Program-made: the position numbers and the translations under genes
In this document: piece after piece, positions 57,761 to 64,000 of the stretch
Layout: each line of letters starts with the position of its first letter
Position numbering within the stretch: the first letter of the stretch is position 1
Notes under the pieces: model-generated
What the model was told of the DNA's origin: nothing
The model's input: the letters and a program-made list of their open reading frames with translations, nothing else
Databases searched by the model: none
Source: an uncultured Desulfurococcaceae archaeon
GTDB lineage: Archaea > Thermoproteota > Thermoprotei_A > Sulfolobales > NBVN01
Direction: 5' to 3'
Length of the DNA: 64,000 nucleotides
NCBI GenBank assembly: GCA_964655125.1
Contig: CAZZLT010000046.1
Location: 14,480 to 78,479 of the forward strand

Positions 57761-58801
57761 CTTCTTAATTATGTTTAAAGACTTATCAGTCTTAGCTATA
57801 GATACTTCCCTTCTAGTCTCTAACTCAGTAATTGCTCTAATAGCATCTACATTTTCTGGAATGACGTTAGATTCATTAGGTGTTGCCCACATTAGATATA
57901 CTTCCCTACCATCAGATGATACTGAGATACTATCACCCCATACAGGTATTTCGTAGAGGTCTCCTCTAGACCTACCTAAATCCCTAGCAAGTTCAAATAT
58001 TGAGTTAAGTCCTTCAATACCGTCAGACCCCCTAACTAATACAACCCTAGGTTCCTCATTAAGAACGTTAACAACATCATCAAGTTTTACAGTATTATTC
58101 AATTCAATCATAGCCATATGTAGGTGGTATAAGTTATGACTTCCTTTAGCAGCCATAGTAACTATATCTAAGTCATGTATTACTGTCTTAGCATCTGGTC
58201 CGTGATGTGACGGTACTTGAAGTTCAGGTACTACTGTATTCATAATACCTGTATGACTAGATTCCCAAACATCAACAGCTCTCCTGATGATCACTACCCT
58301 AGCTTTCTTAACCTTAAACTTCTCATGAATACCACCAACAACTCTACATATAGCCGTAGTATTACAACTAACAACCCTAACAAACTGCTTACCTAATGCT
58401 TCCTCATAATTCCTCTGTGCTACGAATGATGTACCTGCAACCTCATGCTTCTCACCCCCCTGAAATACTGCTTTAACCCCGTACTTCTCATACAATATCC
58501 TATTCTTAGCACCTACCTTAGCTGGTGTACAGTCGATAACTACATCAACACCTCCACTTCTTAAGAGTTCTTCTAAAGTCCCGGAAACCGGTATACCACC
58601 CCTCCGCATATCATCTAATTTATCCGGTAGTGAGGAGTATATGTTAAATCCTTTAGTTACTGCGATTTTAACCCTCCAATCAGCTACTATATCTGAGATA
58701 CCTACTAATCTCATATCATCTTGCTTAAGTACTGCATCAGCTACTCTCTTACCGATAACCCCATAACCATTTACAATAACCTTAACTAGGGGTTTACCCA
58801 T
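57752..58801 (-). CDS. gap: Glyceraldehyde-3-phosphate dehydrogenase, archaeal type
   Basis: VIVNGYGVIGKRVADAV, active site VVSCNTTAI. 349 aa. Confidence 0.9.
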   Translation of the reverse strand: MGKPLVKVIVNGYGVIGKRVADAVLKQDDMRLVGISDIVADWRVKIAVTKGFNIYSSLPDKLDDMRRGGIPVSGTLEELLRSGGVDVVIDCTPAKVGAKNRILYEKYGVKAVFQGGEKHEVAGTSFVAQRNYEEALGKQFVRVVSCNTTAICRVVGGIHEKFKVKKARVVIIRRAVDVWESSHTGIMNTVVPELQVPSHHGPDAKTVIHDLDIVTMAAKGSHNLYHLHMAMIELNNTVKLDDVVNVLNEEPRVVLVRGSDGIEGLNSIFELARDLGRSRGDLYEIPVWGDSISVSSDGREVYLMWATPNESNVIPENVDAIRAITELETRREVSIAKTDKSLNIIKKLY

Positions 58802-58842
58802 CAGAACACCTAAGTATAATTAAGTATCTACGGTTTAAATAC

Positions 58843-59604
58843 TTAAGAATTATTAATCATACCCTCATACTCTCTTAAGTATTTATTAGCTAAATCCATA
58901 TCCCCCTTAAGCTTATAAGCATCAGCTAACTCTTTAAGTACTTCAGGAGTTCTCCTACAACGTAACGCGTTCTCGTAATTCTTAATAGCGTTCTCTAAAT
59001 CACTTACTAATACGTAAAGTCTGGCTAACCCTAAATAACCCTCATAACTATTCACATCTAAACTCACAGCTCTCATAAATAAACTGTAAGCATTCTTAAA
59101 CGCTCTCTCAGACTGTTCCTTAAATGAGAAACCACTCTTCTCCTCATACTCCTTAAGGATTTTCAAGTAGTTAAGGTATACATTACCTCTAATAACGTAT
59201 GACTCAGGATTTAGAGGGTCTAACAATCCTAGAATCTCACTAAGTATGAATACGTTAGTTAAGGGGTGTTCTACAACCCCAACATTATCTAAGTACTCTA
59301 TAATCACCCTATAATTCTCTAACCATGACTTAAGCACCTTCTTAAAACATCTTACTAAACCATCATATGACTTCAGTAAGTATTCAATAACTTCTTCAGG
59401 TTTTAAACTTAGTAAATCATCACTTAAGTTAATTAGTAATAGGTTAAGTATTGAGTAACGTCCTACACTATCAGCTCCCATAGCTTCCTTAAAAATACTT
59501 AAGACCTCCTTTACTAAACCCTTATCACTACTACCTTTAGAAACTACTTCATTCAATCTTATGAAGAATTTAGATAGTAACTCCTCAACACTCAATTTAA
59601 ACAC
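58843..59604 (-). CDS. TPR-repeat protein
   Basis: C-terminal repeats AFKNAYSLFMRAVSL..YEGYLGLARLYV...AIKNYENALR. The start may be TTG 59595, which lies 6 nt after GGTG. Confidence 0.6.
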   Translation of the reverse strand: MFKLSVEELLSKFFIRLNEVVSKGSSDKGLVKEVLSIFKEAMGADSVGRYSILNLLLINLSDDLLSLKPEEVIEYLLKSYDGLVRCFKKVLKSWLENYRVIIEYLDNVGVVEHPLTNVFILSEILGLLDPLNPESYVIRGNVYLNYLKILKEYEEKSGFSFKEQSERAFKNAYSLFMRAVSLDVNSYEGYLGLARLYVLVSDLENAIKNYENALRCRRTPEVLKELADAYKLKGDMDLANKYLREYEGMINNS

Positions 59605-60816
59605 CTACTTACTACTGACTACCTTACTTTTAGGTGGTTTTAATATTAGTGGTGAGCTTAGTAGTGCTGCGATAATACATGATATTGCAACAATCATTAA
59701 CGGTAGTCTATACGTACCGTAAACTTCTACTAAATATGCTGTGAGCCAACCGGCAAGTAAACCTGCCCAAGCCTTAGCAGTATATGTGATACCGTAGTTC
59801 ACTGTAACATACTTACTCCCATAGTAATCACCTATAATTGACGGGTAGAACGTATATGGTGCACCACCAAATAATGATATTATGGTCGCTAATACTACGA
59901 ATAACTCCGGTATTACCCCAATATACGATAGCATTAGTAGTGATATACCTAATGATGTGTAGAATAAGACCATAGTCTTCTCCCTACCAACACGATCTGA
60001 TATGAGTCCAGCTAAGATCCTACTAAATCCATTAGCTAGCGGGTAAGATATTAAGACTATATTTAAATATTCTTGTGAAATACTGAATTCTGAAGCTATC
60101 ATCTTTAGTTGCGCTCCAAATATCAACACTACTGTAGGGGTTATGATGAATGTTAAATATATGATATACCATTGCCAAGTCATTAACATCTCCTTAGGAC
60201 TGTAATCAATACCTTTACTTGAGGTCTTACCTACACTTCTAACAGTAATATCCTTAGGGTAACTCATCATTAGTGAGAGTAGTGTTAGTAATGAAATCAT
60301 TAATAAACCTATGTATAGAAATGTCATTCTAAATCCGTGACTATTAATTAATGTTTGGATTGGTATGTTAAGTATTGATGCTCCTGCACCAAAACCGAAG
60401 GTAACTATACCGGTGGCAAGACCTCTACGTTCGGGAAACCACTTAACAGCTGTTGCAGTTGCTATACCATATAATGTACCTACTCCTAGAGAACCTAAAC
60501 CATATGTTATATAGAGTTCGATAGGGTTTGAAATTGTTGATGAGAGAATGAAGCCTAAACCAGTAATTATTGAAGCTATCATAGCTACTTTCCTAGGACC
60601 GTAACTATCTGCTAAGAAGCCTGAGAACGGCTGTATAAATGTTGATGCATATGTGAATACTGTAAAAGCTATTGATACTGTAATAAGACTCCACATCAAC
60701 TCCCTACTTACAGCATACGCAAATAAAGACCATGAGTACTGATAAATACTTATTACCATCATAATCGCTGTTGAGGCTATGATTATAGCCCACCTACTCA
60801 AACCCGTATCATCCAC
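59605..60816 (-). CDS. MFS transporter (oxalate/formate antiporter-like)
   Basis: 12 TM segments. GFLADSYGPRKV loop 2-3 motif. Confidence 0.85.
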   Translation of the reverse strand: MDDTGLSRWAIIIASTAIMMVISIYQYSWSLFAYAVSRELMWSLITVSIAFTVFTYASTFIQPFSGFLADSYGPRKVAMIASIITGLGFILSSTISNPIELYITYGLGSLGVGTLYGIATATAVKWFPERRGLATGIVTFGFGAGASILNIPIQTLINSHGFRMTFLYIGLLMISLLTLLSLMMSYPKDITVRSVGKTSSKGIDYSPKEMLMTWQWYIIYLTFIITPTVVLIFGAQLKMIASEFSISQEYLNIVLISYPLANGFSRILAGLISDRVGREKTMVLFYTSLGISLLMLSYIGVIPELFVVLATIISLFGGAPYTFYPSIIGDYYGSKYVTVNYGITYTAKAWAGLLAGWLTAYLVEVYGTYRLPLMIVAISCIIAALLSSPLILKPPKSKVVSSK

Positions 60817-60960
60817 CAGAGAACGATTATATAAGGTAATTTATATTTTAAGTACTATCTTAAACAATACTAGTAATCATAATTACTGCTTAAGCATATT
60901 AAGTGAGTTTAATGATTATATAGAAGTAATTAAGCGAAAAATACATCCTTTGTTTTATGT

Positions 60961-62139
60961 TTAAGGCATGTAACCCTTATCTTTATAGTACTTAGCAGCA
61001 CCTGGGTGGATATCCCATAGACCTCCTAACTTCCAATTCTCCTTAGGGTCGAATTCTTCGAAGTATTTAGCTGCAGCTACTATATAGTCTTTATGCTCAT
61101 CTAGTAATCTAGCTACTTGATATACGAAGTCTTCTGGTAGTGTAGCTCTACATAAGAACACTGGATAGTCAACTAATGATGGGTAATCCTCCTTAACCCA
61201 TCTGTAAGAACCTTTAGGTATGTATGCTTTTCTAAAACCGAATGTCTTAGTCATGAATTCGAAATCCTCATCTGTTAGGTAGAATGGTTCTAACTCCATA
61301 GTAGTATCTGCTTCAACCATAGCACTATAACCAATACCTCCAAACGCTACATATACTTGAATCTTACCCTCTCTCATCATCTGAACAATATCTGTGTGAG
61401 ACCCTAGGAATACAGTACCACCAGCCTTCCTAATATCATCATATGTAACCCCATATTTAGATAATAGAGTCCTAGTAGTGAATTCTTCAGCAGTACCCCT
61501 AATATTAGTACCTATAGCTACTCTCTGACCAGCTTTAACCATCTCAGCTAGTTCTTTAAAGTTACTTGCTGGGAACCCCTTAAGTTTTACAGCGTGGAAG
61601 TACTGTGTGTATAGACCTCCTGCTAATAACTTAACATTAGTGAAGTTAATTACCTCACCCCAATAATCCTTAGCTAATGTAGGGTCTTTAGCAACTGCTG
61701 ATTGCCAAGCATAAGCCATACCTATATCAACTTCGTTCTTAGATACAGCAAGTATGTTAGGTCCTGAACCACCTGGCTGAACAGTTGATGCTACCTTTAA
61801 ATGCTTAGTAATCAGATCTCCTAAACCAGCACCTATAGGATACCAAGCACCTCCAATACCACCAACCTTAATGATTACTTCTTTAGGCCAGTGTGGTGGT
61901 GGGGTTGGTGGTGGCGGAGTTATTGTAGGTGTTGGAGTTATAGTTATTGTTTCTGTTATAGTTACTTTCTCAGTCTTAGTTACTGTAGTAGTTACTACTG
62001 AAGGAGCTACTGTCTCTGTTATAGTTACGGTCCTAGGTACAGTAGCTGCAGAACCTGCGAAATAACCAACAACACCAGCAACAACTATTAGAACAACCAG
62101 TACAGCTACTAAGACTGATGAAATTTTCTGAACACTCAT
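60961..62139 (-). CDS. TAXI-family TRAP-type solute-binding protein with an N-terminal TM anchor and a Thr/Pro-rich stalk
   Basis: VGGIGGAWYPIGAGLGDLI and LLAGGLYTQYFH pattern of COG2358-type receptors. Stalk TVTITETVAPSVVTTTVTKTEKVTITETITITPTPTITPPPPTPPP. Confidence 0.8.
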   Translation of the reverse strand: MSVQKISSVLVAVLVVLIVVAGVVGYFAGSAATVPRTVTITETVAPSVVTTTVTKTEKVTITETITITPTPTITPPPPTPPPHWPKEVIIKVGGIGGAWYPIGAGLGDLITKHLKVASTVQPGGSGPNILAVSKNEVDIGMAYAWQSAVAKDPTLAKDYWGEVINFTNVKLLAGGLYTQYFHAVKLKGFPASNFKELAEMVKAGQRVAIGTNIRGTAEEFTTRTLLSKYGVTYDDIRKAGGTVFLGSHTDIVQMMREGKIQVYVAFGGIGYSAMVEADTTMELEPFYLTDEDFEFMTKTFGFRKAYIPKGSYRWVKEDYPSLVDYPVFLCRATLPEDFVYQVARLLDEHKDYIVAAAKYFEEFDPKENWKLGGLWDIHPGAAKYYKDKGYMP

Positions 62140-62272
62140 AACAACTACCTCTATTACTATCAGTATAAGTAGTTTATAAATCTTTAATACGGAGTACTCT
62201 TAATAAGTATAACCAAATAATTAATTACGTAGAAAATGTTGGTTACGGAGAGATTATTAGGTTAAAAATAAG

Positions 62273-62902
62273 TTAGATTTTCTGGATTAATTGTTTTACT
62301 AGTTTAACAGCTCTTACTGGGTTGAATATACCGCAACTACAGCATGCAGCCATTACTTCAGCAGCTTCCTCAGCTGTTATCCTACCTCTCTTAACGTCTT
62401 GAGCTAACTTCATTACTAGGTGTCTAGATACGAATTGATGTCCACACATAGTACATATCTTAAGTACTTCCTCATACTTAGGTAGTAATTCAGTCTTACC
62501 CCAAATACCTAAGGATATATTAACAGTATGTGGTCTAGTTATTTTCTTAACCTCATCATATAATCCACTAATAACTACTGACATACCTAGGTCAGCTGCC
62601 TTTAAATCATCTATAACTTTCTTAACAGTCTCTATATCTGTGAATACTCCGTGGAATATAGATCTATCATGTACTCCCTCAAGTAACTTCTCAACAGGTT
62701 TAATCCTAAACCCAGCCCTATACATACTTCCTTGAGTCATATCACCAGTGTTTACCGGGTTATACTTATTGATTATCTTTAAAGCCTCAGCTAACTTAGG
62801 TGCTGCACCTTTATCATTAAACCCTCTAGCCGACATCACTAGTACTATGAAGTCCTCCTTCAACTCTTCGTAAGTTCCCATCCTATGTAGTGTGTGAGTC
62901 AT
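62273..62902 (-). CDS. Uncharacterised Cys/His-motif protein (module copy 2, protein B2)
   Basis: MTHTLHR N-terminus, CTMCGH, CSCGIFN. ATG overlaps the A2 stop (TAATG) and lies 5 nt after GGTGG. Confidence 0.7.
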   Translation of the reverse strand: MTHTLHRMGTYEELKEDFIVLVMSARGFNDKGAAPKLAEALKIINKYNPVNTGDMTQGSMYRAGFRIKPVEKLLEGVHDRSIFHGVFTDIETVKKVIDDLKAADLGMSVVISGLYDEVKKITRPHTVNISLGIWGKTELLPKYEEVLKICTMCGHQFVSRHLVMKLAQDVKRGRITAEEAAEVMAACCSCGIFNPVRAVKLVKQLIQKI

Positions 62903-63654
62903 TACTCCCACCCAATAAACGGCTTACCTAAACCTATGTTTATCTTCATATTAGGTCTAGGTTCTATACCTACTTGCCTAAGTACTTCAAAAGCTTCTGG
63001 CTCACCATCAGGTTTTACACGACTTACTATCCCTACAGAGATTACAGTATTTAATTCCTTACTAACCTCCTTAACTATCTCTAATACCTTAGGAGCTAAT
63101 TCCTTAGATGTCTTAGCCTCAACTACTGCTGATAGTAGGTATACATTACGTAGTTTAGGATCTCTAACCTCACCAGTCTTAGGATCTATCAATAACTTAG
63201 TAACTGGGTTCTCAATTTCGAATGTGACGTAGGGGGCTATAGCCTTACATACCTTCTCAATATCTGATACTCTCACACCTACCCCAGTAGGTCTACCCAT
63301 ATCTAATGAGAACCCAACCTCACCAAACTTAAACCTACCAGTAACGTCGTTAGTCTTCATCTCCTCAGTACCTCTACCAGCCATCCCGGTCTCAGGCCAT
63401 ACAGCAGTTGCTGATGCAAAGAAGAACTTCAACCTACGTTCAAATGACATCTTCTCAGGTGGTGTAGGTTCTATAGCGTCTTTAGGACATCTAGCAACTC
63501 TATAACATATCCAACACTCAACACATCTATCCTCATCAACTCTAGCGAAGGTCTTACCACCCTCACTCACTATATGTATAGCACCTGTCGGGCAGAACGG
63601 TACGCAGTGTGTACATGCAACACACTTATTAGGGTTTATGTACAGATACACCAC
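62902..63654 (-). CDS. 2x[4Fe-4S] ferredoxin-domain protein with an uncharacterised C-terminal domain (module copy 2, protein A2)
   Basis: CVACTHCVPFCP and CVECWICYRVARCP. GRGTEEMKTNDVTGRF is shared with A1. Confidence 0.8.
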   Translation of the reverse strand: MVYLYINPNKCVACTHCVPFCPTGAIHIVSEGGKTFARVDEDRCVECWICYRVARCPKDAIEPTPPEKMSFERRLKFFFASATAVWPETGMAGRGTEEMKTNDVTGRFKFGEVGFSLDMGRPTGVGVRVSDIEKVCKAIAPYVTFEIENPVTKLLIDPKTGEVRDPKLRNVYLLSAVVEAKTSKELAPKVLEIVKEVSKELNTVISVGIVSRVKPDGEPEAFEVLRQVGIEPRPNMKINIGLGKPFIGWE

Positions 63655-63759
63655 CTCTCACACTAATTACCCCTAGAATTAAAAACTTTATGGCTTAAAA
63701 TACAGTAGTAGTTAGTTTTATCTTTATTTAAATCAGTATGTAATATAGGTAAGACGTAG

Positions 63760-64000
63760 TTGAGGGTTGAGGAACACTTATGTGTTAAGTGTAGAGGTGG
63801 TAAAGGACTATGTAGACTTACATACTGTCCAGTCATAGTTAGTAATATAGTTAAGGACTTAAGTTTACGTATAGGTAGTGAGGTCTACGGTTCTTCACCT
63901 CCTTCAGTATTTGTAGGTAGGTATGGTTATCCGTACGTTAGGGTAGGGCCTGCTACACCTCCAGAGTTAGGAGATACATACTTATATGATACACCAGAAC
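63760..64000 (+). CDS. Nre-like (DUF650-type, archaeal DNA-repair-associated) protein, 5' part (runs off the window end)
   Basis: TTG 63760 follows an in-frame TAG. LCVKCRGGKGLCRLTYCPVI...YGSSPPSVFVGRYGYPYVRVGPATPP matches my memory of the Nre N-terminal CxxCxG..LCG...CP / PPxVFVG..YP pattern. Confidence 0.55.
   Translation, partial: MRVEEHLCVKCRGGKGLCRLTYCPVIVSNIVKDLSLRIGSEVYGSSPPSVFVGRYGYPYVRVGPATPPELGDTYLYDTPE

Overview
AT-rich, gene-dense chromosomal window that reads like a hyperthermophilic crenarchaeon (Desulfurococcales/Sulfolobales-like). Supporting content: archaeal-type GAPDH, NAC, beta-CASP RNase, PAC2, Thi4, an Nre-like gene, tungsten-type aldehyde:ferredoxin oxidoreductase, GGTG-type Shine-Dalgarno motifs about 5 nt before many starts, and TATA-like boxes. 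No similarity search could be run, so every call rests on motifs I recognise in the translations.

Core content:
- thrC
- an ilvD / ilvC-ilvN-like-ilvB / leuA-leuD-leuC cluster
- a split transketolase
- inositol-1-phosphate synthase
- a TctABC tricarboxylate transporter next to a LarA-like racemase
- an MFS transporter and a TAXI receptor
- assorted HD, HAD, MBL and GNAT housekeeping genes

Accessory or unusual content:
1. A 1.66 kb integrated remnant at tRNA-Pro(UGG), bounded by a 40-bp direct repeat of the tRNA 3' half. It carries only a PIN-fusion/antitoxin-like pair and an ATATGCCA repeat motif.
2. A LAGLIDADG-type intein splitting the Walker A loop of a RavA/MoxR-like ATPase, which is followed by its VWA partner.
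3. Two diverged copies of an uncharacterised two-gene Fe-S module, one directly downstream of AOR.
4. An ABC ATPase / 983-aa multi-repeat surface protein / FtsX permease operon. It shares a promoter-proximal GTTTCA...ATACCC motif with a neighbouring gene for a secreted protein with a Cys-rich C-terminus.
5. A C/D-box sRNA candidate and two unlisted small genes: an RHH protein and a 43-aa protein with four CxxC pairs.
6. A recurring anomaly at five conserved genes. Their conserved N-termini have no in-frame ATG/GTG/TTG, while an ATG lies exactly one nucleotide out of frame.

No CRISPR array and no rRNA were seen.
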